A stretch of DNA of 64,000 nucleotides from a virus (IMGVR_UViG_3300035501_001769:8158-72157), one strand, 5' to 3'. Counted from the first letter of the stretch, positions 10,339 to 20,506 are shown. Notes: generated from the sequence alone by a model not told the origin. Numbers and translations are program-made.

Positions 10339-11376
10339 TTAATTGATTTTGTTGAGGTAATTTAAGCCTAATTGAACGTTGTCGATTTCTTTTTGAGTGC
10401 AGAAACTTTTGTATTCTTCTTTGATTCCTGCAATATCGAACTTGGAATCAAATGACCCGGTACCATCAGCTGATTGTGTTAACATTACTTCTTTAGACGC
10501 AATTTCAACTTTGGCATAACCGGCATTAATTAAAGCATTGCGGTTAATACTCTTAGCTTCTTCAGGCGCACATTCTACTTTCAGCTTTACTTTTACATTG
10601 CTTTCAGTGAGGGTGGGTAATGTATCAAGTTGATTGGCTTGAACGGTAATTACTAAGTATCGTTGGTTTACTTCGTTCTGAATGAATTGGGTACTACCAT
10701 CACTATAAACAATGGTGTAGCCTTTCATCTCATCTTCGCCAAAGTTGTGCTGACGTGATGCTCCGATATATTCTACATTGGTTCCGGGGATTTTACAGCG
10801 GTCGTGATAATGGCCTACAAGCACCTTATCGAAAGCCTTAAACATTGTAGCAGGTAATTCTGAATCACTGCTTGTAGATAATGCTCCGTTAATGCCTTGG
10901 TGAATGTAGAGAATGTTATAGCAATTAGGGTCAATCTCTTTAGCAATGCTTTCATAACGCTCAACAAAACTGCCGTTCTCAGGGAAATAACTCATAACAG
11001 TAAGAGCGACATTATCAACATGAGTAAGCATGAGAGCTTCATCAACAACGGTAACACCGGGATATTCACTGAAGATATGACTATAACCGATAGTTGCTTC
11101 TTGGTCCACTTTACAGTGATTCCCTTCTGCTATATACACATCAATACCTTCTTGCTTCGCTTGCATTAAAGCGTCACGAACAGCAGACAATGTAGATAGT
11201 GTTTGGCCTGAACGAGATTCCCATAAATCACCACCGATAATAATCTTGCTAATATCGTGAAAGTGAGCCACCGTCAATGCCTCATCCCAGTTATCACAAA
11301 ACGCCTTAATATCATTCTTACTTACGTGTATATCATTGAGTAGTAAGAATATAGGTCTTTTTACTGTTTTTGTCAT
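10339..11376 (-). CDS. sbcD: SbcD/Mre11 (gp47-like) metallophosphoesterase nuclease
   Basis: DIH, GGDLW, GNHC, GHYH motifs; adjacent to sbcC. Start set at MTKTVK (11376) rather than the ORF-track start at 11415. Confidence 0.88.
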   Translation of the reverse strand: MTKTVKRPIFLLLNDIHVSKNDIKAFCDNWDEALTVAHFHDISKIIIGGDLWESRSGQTLSTLSAVRDALMQAKQEGIDVYIAEGNHCKVDQEATIGYSHIFSEYPGVTVVDEALMLTHVDNVALTVMSYFPENGSFVERYESIAKEIDPNCYNILYIHQGINGALSTSSDSELPATMFKAFDKVLVGHYHDRCKIPGTNVEYIGASRQHNFGEDEMKGYTIVYSDGSTQFIQNEVNQRYLVITVQANQLDTLPTLTESNVKVKLKVECAPEEAKSINRNALINAGYAKVEIASKEVMLTQSADGTGSFDSKFDIAGIKEEYKSFCTQKEIDNVQLGLNYLNKIN

Positions 11377-11395
11377 AAGTATAAAAATGTACTTC

Positions 11396-11417
11396 GGGTG
11401 TGCTGTTACACACACCC
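11396..11417 (-). terminator. Hairpin downstream of the SSB gene
   Basis: GGGTGTG-N8-CACACCC inverted repeat between genes. Confidence 0.45.
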
Positions 11418-11453
11418 TAATACATTGGTTGATATAAAGTTGATTAAGCGGAT

Positions 11454-12734
11454 TTATCGTGTTCTGGGGTGAGTTGGGCGAACACGTACAGCCGGCTCGT
11501 TGGTATCATCGTTACGGCTGTTGCGAGGGTCATCGTCATCATCAGCTTGTGCAGCCGGAGCGTTTGCATCACTGTCAAAGCCTAAGATGTCAGCAATAGC
11601 TTGTACTGCTTCACCGTTAGTCATCTGACGTTTGATGTGGATGTCGATGTCGTTGTCATCTACGAAAGTTCTGAGGCGAGTGCGGAACTCGTTGCCTTCA
11701 TCGCTGCGGTCATCAACTCCATCAGCCTCCATTTTCAGCCATTGAGCGTAAATCTGTTCGAAAGTATCGCTTTGGTTTGCTGCTTCATCATCGCTGTTAA
11801 CGTCAATGCTGAAGTGTGATTGGTCATCTGCCGGCAAGTTCATTTTAACTTGATCCAAACAGTCAATCATCTCTTGCTCTGCCATGATGTTAATGCCATG
11901 ACGTGCATCCATTTGTTTGAGGAATACGATTGTACCTTCAAGCATACGGCGAGTGTAGCGATATTGCAATTCAGGAAGTCTGGGCGCATCGAACAACGCT
12001 TGTATGGTCTTTTGGTCGAGGGGTTGGGTATCGCCAATTACGTCAATACTATAACGATAGGTTGTCTTGCCACCTTCTGTTCCGCGAGTAACTTCAAGGG
12101 TATAAGCATCTTGGATTGATGAAAGCGGACAGAACACTTGTTTACCTTTAGCTTTAGAACTGAGTTTGCTCCAAAGGTCAAGTTTTACAGCTTCAAGCTC
12201 CTTATACTGAGGATGTGAAATTTGCATTACCTGAATACCCTTAGATAAATCTTCGAGGTTCAGGACATACATTGAGTGCTTGTAATCGTAACGGATGCCA
12301 TTGTTGTATGAGCTTCCGGCAAGCGTTTTACAGAGCTTAGTATCGTCAGAGTGGAGTTGATTAACAAGTTGAACGTACTTGTCAATCGGGTCTGCTGTAA
12401 GGTTGTTGAATACAAGTGCAGTGTGAATAACATTGACATAGGCGAACACATCTTTACCTTTGCTGTCTACCTTACCTGTGTCAATTTTAAGCAACTGTTC
12501 GCGGATGGGGTATTCATAGCCGGTGCGTTCCATAGGCAGGACAGGCTTACCATCAGCGTCAATCACCGGAACAAGAGGCAATACGCGAAGAAGGTATTTG
12601 CCATCTTTATCCATTCTGAAGTAGTTAGTCTGGGTAGATGTTTCTGAGGCAGCTTTCTTTTTTGCTTCATCATGGGTCTGCTGCGATGCCATGAGGATGT
12701 CAAGCATTGACATCGAGGATTCTTCAATTGACAT
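11454..12734 (-). CDS. Single-stranded DNA-binding protein, T4 gp32-like
   Basis: YFRMDKDGKYLLRVLP N-terminal pattern, acidic C-terminal tail, next to SbcCD. Confidence 0.65.
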   Translation of the reverse strand: MSIEESSMSMLDILMASQQTHDEAKKKAASETSTQTNYFRMDKDGKYLLRVLPLVPVIDADGKPVLPMERTGYEYPIREQLLKIDTGKVDSKGKDVFAYVNVIHTALVFNNLTADPIDKYVQLVNQLHSDDTKLCKTLAGSSYNNGIRYDYKHSMYVLNLEDLSKGIQVMQISHPQYKELEAVKLDLWSKLSSKAKGKQVFCPLSSIQDAYTLEVTRGTEGGKTTYRYSIDVIGDTQPLDQKTIQALFDAPRLPELQYRYTRRMLEGTIVFLKQMDARHGINIMAEQEMIDCLDQVKMNLPADDQSHFSIDVNSDDEAANQSDTFEQIYAQWLKMEADGVDDRSDEGNEFRTRLRTFVDDNDIDIHIKRQMTNGEAVQAIADILGFDSDANAPAAQADDDDDPRNSRNDDTNEPAVRVRPTHPRTR

Positions 12735-12753
12735 AATCTGAATGAGTTATAAT

Positions 12754-13218
12754 TTAAGTGTCAAGATAGTTTCTCCACATTTCAGCATACGCGCCAATGT
12801 ATAACTCCTGTGCGCTGGGCGATTTAATGATGTCCGAATCAGGCACCTTAATGCCCCAATGCTGTTCTGCGTGATGAATGACCTTAGTTATAACATCATT
12901 CATCTCAATTGATTTTTCGTTTTTAAGGTCACGGTAATCAAAACGATGACCAGATACTTCGCAGGTATGAACAGGAGCAAATTGTTCCTCAAAATACCTG
13001 TAAAGAGCGTCTACCGGTGGGCGGTTCGGAAGTTCATCTGAGATGGTTTTCAGAACTACACCAAATAGATACTTCAATTGAGGTAAAGAGCGATTCTTTT
13101 TATTGTCGTACAGTAAGTAGTTATACGTACCATTCGGCAATGTGTCCACAGAATCTAATAACTCATCAATGTCAGAACCTTCTTCGTGGACCGTGAAGGT
13201 TCCTTTCTTTTTAATCAT
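12754..13218 (-). CDS. NinB-like recombination-associated protein (tentative)
   Basis: NRSLPQLKYLFGVV resembles the NinB RS..QN..... motif; context. Confidence 0.4.
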   Translation of the reverse strand: MIKKKGTFTVHEEGSDIDELLDSVDTLPNGTYNYLLYDNKKNRSLPQLKYLFGVVLKTISDELPNRPPVDALYRYFEEQFAPVHTCEVSGHRFDYRDLKNEKSIEMNDVITKVIHHAEQHWGIKVPDSDIIKSPSAQELYIGAYAEMWRNYLDT

Positions 13219-13234
13219 CTCTATGATTTTGTAG

Positions 13235-13242
13235 CAAAGATA
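13235..13242 (-). promoter_or_regulatory. Bacteroidota sigma-A -7 element (TATCTTTG)
   Basis: Matches TAnnTTTG, 16 nt upstream of the ATG at 13218 that heads the recombination/replication operon. Confidence 0.65.
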
Positions 13243-13455
13243 CTAAAAAGTTAATGATTTGGTTGATTAAAATTATTAAAAATTTCTGAATGATTATGTG
13301 TTAATTTCGTAAGTGCTTATGTAACAATGTTGTTACGACACAATTTCATGCTAAATTTCTTCCATGAATTTAAATTTGCATATATAAAGTCGATACCACC
13401 GATATTTTTAAATCTCAGGGTGGAAGTTTATTTGCAATCCATTGCTCTTATTAAA

Positions 13456-13926
13456 TCAACAAATCGCTTCAGAGAAAAATTGTGCTTTGTCTATTACTCG
13501 TTGATTTGATGAACCGCGCCAGAGCAATTCTGAGCTTGCCAACGCTTTGATGAATGGTCCGTCAACCAATGTGTCAATATAACGTAAAATCTCCGTGTAA
13601 CGTTCTCTAATGAGGCTTAAACCATATCCTGACCACATCCAGATTGTTTTGTGGGGATAACGTGTCTTAATCATCTTACATAAGGCGAGGATTTCTTCAT
13701 ATTGCATTAACGGTTCACCACCTAAAATAGAGATATTGAACTCATCCTCATTCAGCTTATTGCAGACTTCTTCAACACTCATCTGTGTGCCTGATTGAAT
13801 ATCCCAAAACTTAGAGTTATGACACCCTTCGCAATGTATCGGGCAACCTGAAACGTATAAAGAGTTGCGAAGCCCAACCCCATCTACCGAGGTTGAGCTT
13901 ACAATCTTAGCAACTGATAGATACAT
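13456..13926 (-). CDS. nrdG: Anaerobic ribonucleotide reductase activase (radical SAM)
   Basis: VDGVGLR...SGCPIHCEGCHN CxxxCxxC motif, LGGEPL, WRGSSNQR. Confidence 0.95.
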   Translation of the reverse strand: MYLSVAKIVSSTSVDGVGLRNSLYVSGCPIHCEGCHNSKFWDIQSGTQMSVEEVCNKLNEDEFNISILGGEPLMQYEEILALCKMIKTRYPHKTIWMWSGYGLSLIRERYTEILRYIDTLVDGPFIKALASSELLWRGSSNQRVIDKAQFFSEAIC

Positions 13927-13928
13927 AC

Positions 13929-16145
13929 TTAGTCGTGTGTAACTCTATCGTTAAGTTCTGCAATCTTACCGCTATTCCATCGGTCAGTTGTACCTACGAG
14001 ATAGCCTGTAATGCGCTGCAATCTGTCAATGTTCTCGCTACCACATTTAGGGCAAACCTTTAAGTTTTTGGTAGCATCTTCATACCCACAATCCAAACAA
14101 CGGTTACGATTATGATTAACTGAGCCATAACCAATGTTATACTTATCCATCAGGGTTACAATATCCATGATAGCTTCTACATTGTGAGTTGCATCGCCAT
14201 CAAGTTCAACATAGAAGATATGACCACCGCGAGTAAGTTCATGATACGGACCTTCAACTTCTGCCTTATGTGCTGCGCTACATTTATAAGCGACAGGCAC
14301 GTGATTAGAGTTTGTGTAGTAGTCTTTATCAGTAATACCGCGAATAATGCCATATTTGAGTTTATCACGCTTGGTAAACTTACCTGACAAGCCTTCTGCC
14401 GGTGTTGCGAGAACTGAGAAGTTAAGTTTATAATGGCTCGTTAATACAGCAGCTTTATTCTTCATGCGAGTAACGATAGCCAAACCTAATTTTTGAGAAT
14501 CCTCGTCTTGACCATGATGATGACCTGTTAAAGCAATCAAACACTCAGCCAAGCCAATGAAACCTAAGCCTAATGTGCCTTGGTTTAATACCGACTCCAC
14601 AGAATCGGTTGGTTTGAGATTTTCTGAATTAACCCATAAACCTGACATAAGCAAGGGGAATTGCTTTGCTTCGGCTGTACACTGGAATTTGTAACGGTCG
14701 TATAGTTGTCGTGCCATGATGTCAAGAGCCTCATCGAGTTTCTTATAAAACTCTGCAATGCGTTCTTCTTGGTCGTTAATATCCATGCAGCTCATTGCCA
14801 ATCCGGGGAGATTAATGGTTGAGAAGCTGAGATTACCACGACCTACTGAGGTTTTCTCACCGTTTACGTTTTCGAATACGCGAGTGCGGCAACCCATAGT
14901 TGCGGCTTCATATATATAACGCTCAGGGTCATCAGCTCTCCATTTCTCATGCTGATTGAAAGTAGCATCGAGGTTAATGAAGTTGGGGAAGAAACGTTTA
15001 GCAGTTACTTCGCAAGCCAACGAATAAAGGTCGTAGTTGGGATCACCCGGCAAGAAGTTTACACCGCGTTTCTTCTTCCAAATCTGAATGGGGAAGATTG
15101 CGGTTGAACCGTTACCCACACCACGTTGAGTAGTTTTTAAGAGCTCACGTATTATACAACGACCTTCCGCTGAAGTGTCTGTGCCATAGTTGATTGAGCT
15201 AAATACAACTTGATTGCCACCACGAGAATGAATGGTATTTAAATTGTGAATAAAGGCTTCCATAGCTTGATGAACTCGCTTAACAGTTTCGTTAATAGCG
15301 TGTTGTACCATTCTTTGTTCACCTGCTCCTTCAAGCTCTAAGGTAATAAAATCATCGACCTTAGCATCGTAATAGCTTGAAAGGTCAATACCTTGCAATG
15401 CTTCTATCTTCTTCAGTTCCTCAACAAATGTGCTGCGAACATAAGGAGCCATGTAAAAATCGAAAGCAGGGATAGCTTGACCACCGTGCATCTCATTTTG
15501 AACTGTTTCCATCGAAATGCAACCAAGTATGCTGGCTGTTTCAATACGTTTTGCCGGTCGAGATTCACCGTGACCTGCTTGAAAGCCACCTGAAAGAATC
15601 TTGTTGATGGGATGTTGAAGGCAGGTCAGCGATTTTGTAGGATAGTAATCAAAATCGTGTACGTGCAAGATATTATCTTCAACCGCCTCAGCAGCTTCTT
15701 TTGAGAGAAGGTAATTGAAGCCAAACTCCTTACTGCGCTCACTTGCGATTTTCATCATCATACCGGCAGGGGTATCAGCGTTCATGTTGGCGTTCTCTCT
15801 GGTGACATCGTTCTTCTTAGCGCAAACAATATCGTTAATAATTTGGTCGCTCTTAGAATTACGTACCTTGTTACGAGTGTCACGATACAAGATATATGCT
15901 TTGGCAACTGAGGGGTAATTGCTCACCATCAGTTCTTTCTCCACAAGGTCTTGTATCTTTTCGACCGTGATGTTACGCGCATCTTTGGCTATTTGCGCTT
16001 GAACATTCGATGCAATTTGTTCAGCAGTTTTCTTAGACGCTTCCGTTTCAATCTTAACGGACTGCATCGCTTTAATGATGGCTTGTTGAACTCGCTCCTT
16101 TTCGAACTCAACGACACGACCATCACGTTTGGTAATCATAATCAT
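13929..16145 (-). CDS. nrdD: Anaerobic ribonucleoside-triphosphate reductase with ATP cone
   Basis: ITKRDGR ATP cone, MGCRT, TPAEG, CPKCGS, RITGYL glycyl-radical motif. Confidence 0.95.
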   Translation of the reverse strand: MIMITKRDGRVVEFEKERVQQAIIKAMQSVKIETEASKKTAEQIASNVQAQIAKDARNITVEKIQDLVEKELMVSNYPSVAKAYILYRDTRNKVRNSKSDQIINDIVCAKKNDVTRENANMNADTPAGMMMKIASERSKEFGFNYLLSKEAAEAVEDNILHVHDFDYYPTKSLTCLQHPINKILSGGFQAGHGESRPAKRIETASILGCISMETVQNEMHGGQAIPAFDFYMAPYVRSTFVEELKKIEALQGIDLSSYYDAKVDDFITLELEGAGEQRMVQHAINETVKRVHQAMEAFIHNLNTIHSRGGNQVVFSSINYGTDTSAEGRCIIRELLKTTQRGVGNGSTAIFPIQIWKKKRGVNFLPGDPNYDLYSLACEVTAKRFFPNFINLDATFNQHEKWRADDPERYIYEAATMGCRTRVFENVNGEKTSVGRGNLSFSTINLPGLAMSCMDINDQEERIAEFYKKLDEALDIMARQLYDRYKFQCTAEAKQFPLLMSGLWVNSENLKPTDSVESVLNQGTLGLGFIGLAECLIALTGHHHGQDEDSQKLGLAIVTRMKNKAAVLTSHYKLNFSVLATPAEGLSGKFTKRDKLKYGIIRGITDKDYYTNSNHVPVAYKCSAAHKAEVEGPYHELTRGGHIFYVELDGDATHNVEAIMDIVTLMDKYNIGYGSVNHNRNRCLDCGYEDATKNLKVCPKCGSENIDRLQRITGYLVGTTDRWNSGKIAELNDRVTHD

Positions 16146-16843
16146 TGGATTGCTCCTTTTTGTTTATTGGTGAAGTTGGATAAGTATTCTTTCAGTGTTT
16201 TTTTGAAAATTTCTGAAGTATTATAGCCACAACAACGCGGCTCACCACATAGACCATTTCGATAAACACATTTAGGAACCATCAATGTAGCTAAATCGGG
16301 GTCTACTTCAGCAATCTTAGCTTTCAGTGCTTTAAATACTGTAACCGTTTGCCAATGCGCTTGTTGACATAATCTCAGCTTTGCCATATCAATCAGGCTT
16401 TGAGCGTTGATACATAGGCCAAGATTAACAGGTGTGTAACGGTCGGTATTTTCTTGCATCCATGACATCTCGTTAATCATGCTACCTATCGTTTCCTGAC
16501 AATCCCCCATACGATTGTTAGCAATGTCATCAGATAGAGCGCGTAACTGTTCCTTCATTTCCTCAGCTTTGAAGATTAAGCCGGGGTTGCCACCTTTACG
16601 GTCATCACGGCAAGTAAGTTGGAATGGAACCAAGCCAACGTGGTGACGGAGGATGTGAGTTGATACAAACAACGGAATGTTATGGAGTGTAATCCAAAAT
16701 AGCTGAGTGCGGCACGGACTATGTTCTGATTTATACATAGATAGCAGTGATTGACCACTTTTTCCTATAAATGTCATTTCACACGCTTCTCGCATAAGGT
16801 CAGCATCCGTGAGCTTTTTTACAGTAATGGTAAAATCCTTCAT
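16142..16843 (-). CDS. thyX: FAD-dependent thymidylate synthase
   Basis: EHSP, STHILRH, NAQSLIDMAKLRLC, LVPKCVYRNGLC-type motifs; nucleotide metabolism cluster. Confidence 0.75.
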   Translation of the reverse strand: MKDFTITVKKLTDADLMREACEMTFIGKSGQSLLSMYKSEHSPCRTQLFWITLHNIPLFVSTHILRHHVGLVPFQLTCRDDRKGGNPGLIFKAEEMKEQLRALSDDIANNRMGDCQETIGSMINEMSWMQENTDRYTPVNLGLCINAQSLIDMAKLRLCQQAHWQTVTVFKALKAKIAEVDPDLATLMVPKCVYRNGLCGEPRCCGYNTSEIFKKTLKEYLSNFTNKQKGAIQ

Positions 16844-16980
16844 TGGATTGTTGAAATATTAAGTTGAATTTTAGCTATGATAGCCACTTTCTAAGTGTGT
16901 CTATATTGTCACAAATATCACAACAAAAACTGGGACAACGTGGTATATAAAATGCAAAAAATCATTATATTTTTACAATT

Positions 16981-17382
16981 TTAATGTTGATGCGCCCTTC
17001 TGATTTTGTCATAATATAATTTAGTAGTCATTGTTACCGGTTTCGCTCTCTTAGCAAAACCCGGAGTTAAACCTGTTTCCCTATATAAAATCAATGCTTT
17101 ACGGAACTTGGGTTTCTTGAATAATGGAGATAGCGACATATAGCCTATACCTTCAATCAGTTCAGGGGTAGGGGCAAAAGCACCGCTGGCTTCTACAATC
17201 AGGTTGTATTCCAGCGGTGCTTCATATTTTAGAAAATGCCCAACTTTAGTTTGCTCGAACTTTACTTGCTTTAGTTTTGCTCCTGGCTTCCTCGGTCGTT
17301 TCTTTGGCTTCCTCGGTCTGCCCCTTTTCCTCTTGATTTTCTTTGGCTTCCTCGGTTGCTCCAGCATTTCCTCTAACGTCAT
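16981..17382 (-). CDS. Basic (K/R/P-rich N-terminus) hypothetical protein, possibly DNA-binding
   Basis: 133-aa ORF containing KRKRGRPRKPKKRPRKP (AT-hook-like GRP core). Confidence 0.6.
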   Translation of the reverse strand: MTLEEMLEQPRKPKKIKRKRGRPRKPKKRPRKPGAKLKQVKFEQTKVGHFLKYEAPLEYNLIVEASGAFAPTPELIEGIGYMSLSPLFKKPKFRKALILYRETGLTPGFAKRAKPVTMTTKLYYDKIRRAHQH

Positions 17383-17491
17383 CGGCTTCTATTTTTTGTT
17401 GAGCTTCTACTTCTAATACTGCGCGTTTAGCGGCTTCTAATTCGGCTAAACGCATACTTTGCGCGTTACGCGGTGCTTTGTGAATTTTCAT
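17246..17491 (-). CDS. Acidic hypothetical protein overlapping the basic ORF
   Basis: Starts 2 nt after the stop of the upstream tail gene; TEEAK repeats. Confidence 0.4.
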   Translation of the reverse strand: MKIHKAPRNAQSMRLAELEAAKRAVLEVEAQQKIEADDVRGNAGATEEAKENQEEKGQTEEAKETTEEARSKTKASKVRAN

Positions 17492-17493
17492 TA

Positions 17494-19068
17494 TTATACC
17501 ATGTATGTTACGTTAATATAAATAGCTTCGTAAGTTACGTAAGGGTTGTATAGTATTTCAAGTGTACGGCTACCTGCTTCTATTTTCCATTGGATGCCGG
17601 ATGCTACCAATCCTGAGCCTATTACTTGATTACCGGTAATTATGCCATTTGATGATGTGCCTAAAGATACCGTTCCGCTTGCAGGGGCCACCCATGCTAT
17701 TGTTTCGGTGGGTGCAGCTATTGTTTCGGGTAAAGTTAAGCCATCAGCTAATCCGGATGTGATAACACCAACGATATTAACGACAGAACCCATCTGCTTA
17801 ACTTTCACTCCTGTATTACCTAATGTGGTCCAATCTACAAGGGTGAACATTTCCTTCTCCAACTTAGTAAAATGCGCGTCTACGGCTTCCTTCTCAGCTT
17901 CAAATGTAGTGCTGGTGGTGTATTTGGTTGACAGTAGTTCTCCGTTTTCCTTGATGTCACAAGCAAAGTCAGCAATACCGTTAGCTTGGAAGCGTAAATC
18001 TCCAACTGTGTTCTGAACGATGAACGCCTTATCGCTATCGGTAATATAACCAATCGTGCCAAACACTTGGTCATTGCGGTCTTTCCATGCGATAGATGCA
18101 AGTAAGGCGGCATTAGCGCAAGTATATGAACCATTCTTAACTGTCAAGCCATTCTTACCGGTCTTAGCTGCTACCAACTCACCATTAGCTGTAATTGCTC
18201 CGGTCTTACCTACAACATTCAATAAGGCAGTGCCTTTACCGCTACCAATGACAGTATTACGATAATAAGCTGAAGTGGTTTCGCCTAAGTTAATATTGAT
18301 AGTACCGGTGTCTAAAGCTGAACTATTGTTGATGATACAGTCACTTGAAATTGTAATATCGCCTATGGTGGCTGTACCGAATTGAGCCGGCATACTTACG
18401 ACCACACTCTCGCCTTCAACCTGCATGATAGTGTTACTATTCACACCAAAGATAAAACCGTTGTCAGATATTTCCATCTTGTAGATTTTATCGTCAGTCT
18501 GAGATTGAACGGTTAGAACGTTGTTTGAGTATGAGATTGAGTTATTAGATGTCGCAGAGCCAAATTTAACCGCATCATCCAAAATAATCGGACTGCTGAA
18601 GGTAACATTGTTGGTAAATGTCACTTCGTTGCCAATCTGACTTGAAGCTCCGTTGCTTGATAGGAGTAGGGCGTATTTTCCGAAGAAGGCTTCTTTGATA
18701 CCTACCGCTCCGGTTGATGTTACGCTGATATATTGTTTGTTGCTTGGGAGCGTACTTGAAGCAGCACAGCCATAGTTGACACGACCAACCTTAGTGTTTC
18801 CATCAGCATACTTCAGCGATTCGTTGGTGTCGTTCTCATAAATATAGCAAGGGAACTTAACGTTTGTCGCTCCATCGAAACGCCTGATTTTGCCATTGAG
18901 ATATACATAGCCGCTTGCAATTGTACTACCGCTAACCGAACAGCCTGAAACCACGAAGTTATCGCAATCCGCAAAGATGTTGTTGATAGCAAGAGCCAAT
19001 TCCTGAAGGTTGATTATATCGTCAATGTAGGTGTATCTACCACCTGTCTGAGAAGTAAATTCCTTCAT
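17494..19068 (-). CDS. Tail fibre/baseplate-attached fibre protein
   Basis: G/S/T-rich beta-structured protein directly after the baseplate wedge genes. Confidence 0.65.
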   Translation of the reverse strand: MKEFTSQTGGRYTYIDDIINLQELALAINNIFADCDNFVVSGCSVSGSTIASGYVYLNGKIRRFDGATNVKFPCYIYENDTNESLKYADGNTKVGRVNYGCAASSTLPSNKQYISVTSTGAVGIKEAFFGKYALLLSSNGASSQIGNEVTFTNNVTFSSPIILDDAVKFGSATSNNSISYSNNVLTVQSQTDDKIYKMEISDNGFIFGVNSNTIMQVEGESVVVSMPAQFGTATIGDITISSDCIINNSSALDTGTININLGETTSAYYRNTVIGSGKGTALLNVVGKTGAITANGELVAAKTGKNGLTVKNGSYTCANAALLASIAWKDRNDQVFGTIGYITDSDKAFIVQNTVGDLRFQANGIADFACDIKENGELLSTKYTTSTTFEAEKEAVDAHFTKLEKEMFTLVDWTTLGNTGVKVKQMGSVVNIVGVITSGLADGLTLPETIAAPTETIAWVAPASGTVSLGTSSNGIITGNQVIGSGLVASGIQWKIEAGSRTLEILYNPYVTYEAIYINVTYMV

Positions 19069-19610
19069 TCAGTTATAATTATTTTGTAAGTTTTATTGGT
19101 GATTTTATATTTGTCGATGTAATACTTCAGTGAGTATAAGAATACTTCCTGCTTGATAGCGGCAGTGTTGATTGCCGGCACATTCACAACAAAGCTGAAA
19201 CCGAGTGTGGTGTTTTCGGCTTGTGTAAAAAGTATAGCTGATTCTGTTATTCCTGAGTTGGTTACTTCAGTTTCAAGCCGTAAGGTTGGATTAACAGCTT
19301 CATCAGAATCGTTTTCTTGCGATTGAAAGTAAAAAGCCGTACCCTGAGATTCACCGTTATCAATTGTGATTGATGTTTGTGGATCTAAAAAATACTTGCT
19401 AAACTTGCGGTTCAAATACCACTCAAAAAGTATCACCTGAGATGTCATGCGTGTTTCTATGCGCTTTTCTCGCGCCCATTCACACCATTCATCATTCAGT
19501 GATTGTAACGGCTCTACCAATGAGCGTATAACTAAAATCAACTTCCTACCGCAAAGGAAATGCGGCAGAAGTCGATTAATTAGCTTTTCAAAGTTAATAC
19601 TGTATCTCAT
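19065..19610 (-). CDS. Baseplate wedge protein (gpI-like)
   Basis: Position after the J-like gene; LLPHFL...QVILFEWYLN pattern. Confidence 0.55.
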   Translation of the reverse strand: MRYSINFEKLINRLLPHFLCGRKLILVIRSLVEPLQSLNDEWCEWAREKRIETRMTSQVILFEWYLNRKFSKYFLDPQTSITIDNGESQGTAFYFQSQENDSDEAVNPTLRLETEVTNSGITESAILFTQAENTTLGFSFVVNVPAINTAAIKQEVFLYSLKYYIDKYKITNKTYKIIITE

Positions 19611-20506
19611 TAATTGTCAGTTTCAACTTCCAATACAATTGTTTCGTTCCACTTCTTAGTAACGGAACTATCATCGCTTTCTTTGATGTAGCCTGAGTTG
19701 GGGATAAAACGTCTTGCAATTGCTTGTTCTTCGCCCAATGTACCGTTATCGCCACGCAATCTAATAAAGATACCTTGACCATCTTTGCTTGCGTCAACAT
19801 CAACAACGTGGTCAACCGCCTGAATGGTGTCGATGATATGCTGATAGTAAATCCAACTGTTAAAGTCGAGGTTCTTAATGAACTCATCTAAAGCTGTACG
19901 AATGTTATCCATCAGCTCGGTTGAATTAATCAAACCATCATAATATACCGTCAGACGAGGAACAAGTATATCCCCTTCAAGACTGATTACCTCAACATGG
20001 GTTCCGGCAAAAGCAATTTGTTTAATGTAGCTATTGATTTGGGTAAGCTCACTTGCATCAATAGCCTGATAGTTACCTGCCGAACCTGTTGCAGCCTTCA
20101 AAATCAATTGTCTATCATGAAAGCCGGTTTCTTCAATTTCGGCATAAGCTGCCTTAGTGACTACGCGCTTGGTTTCATTGACTTCGGCATAGCTGAATGT
20201 GGCTTTTTCTTCATCTACCACCAATGTATCGCCTGATTGATATTTAAGAAGGGCATTGGCATAATAAGCCGGAGTACCGTTCACTCGCCCTTGCAAGTCA
20301 TTCACAATATCAACTTTAAACACATCTAACAGCGTTTCAAAGGCGTTAATACAAGCTGCCGTTACCCAAGACAAGGCGTTAAGCACTGACATCTTGGAGG
20401 TAATACTTGAAGCATCTACCGGAGTTTCAACGTACTCAGCTGTATTTAAGAACGTATTACGGCTGGTTACGATGTCCTCATAGATTTCTCTAATCGTTCT
20501 GCTCAT
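19610..20506 (-). CDS. Baseplate J-like wedge protein
   Basis: GTPAYYANALLKYQ and IAFAGT motifs typical of Bacteroidota myophage baseplates; synteny. Confidence 0.6.
   Translation of the reverse strand: MSRTIREIYEDIVTSRNTFLNTAEYVETPVDASSITSKMSVLNALSWVTAACINAFETLLDVFKVDIVNDLQGRVNGTPAYYANALLKYQSGDTLVVDEEKATFSYAEVNETKRVVTKAAYAEIEETGFHDRQLILKAATGSAGNYQAIDASELTQINSYIKQIAFAGTHVEVISLEGDILVPRLTVYYDGLINSTELMDNIRTALDEFIKNLDFNSWIYYQHIIDTIQAVDHVVDVDASKDGQGIFIRLRGDNGTLGEEQAIARRFIPNSGYIKESDDSSVTKKWNETIVLEVETDN

Noticed and set aside
13320-13336. TGTAACA/TGTTAC palindrome (similar words near 55705-55730)
   Set aside because: Too short and inconsistently spaced relative to promoters to call an operator.
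13929-16145. Intron or intein in nrdD
   Set aside because: Length and motif spacing are continuous; no Hint or homing-endonuclease segment was seen.
16895-16915. NrdR-box-like sequence upstream of thyX-nrdD
   Set aside because: Only a partial match (GACAATATAGACAC), with no second copy.
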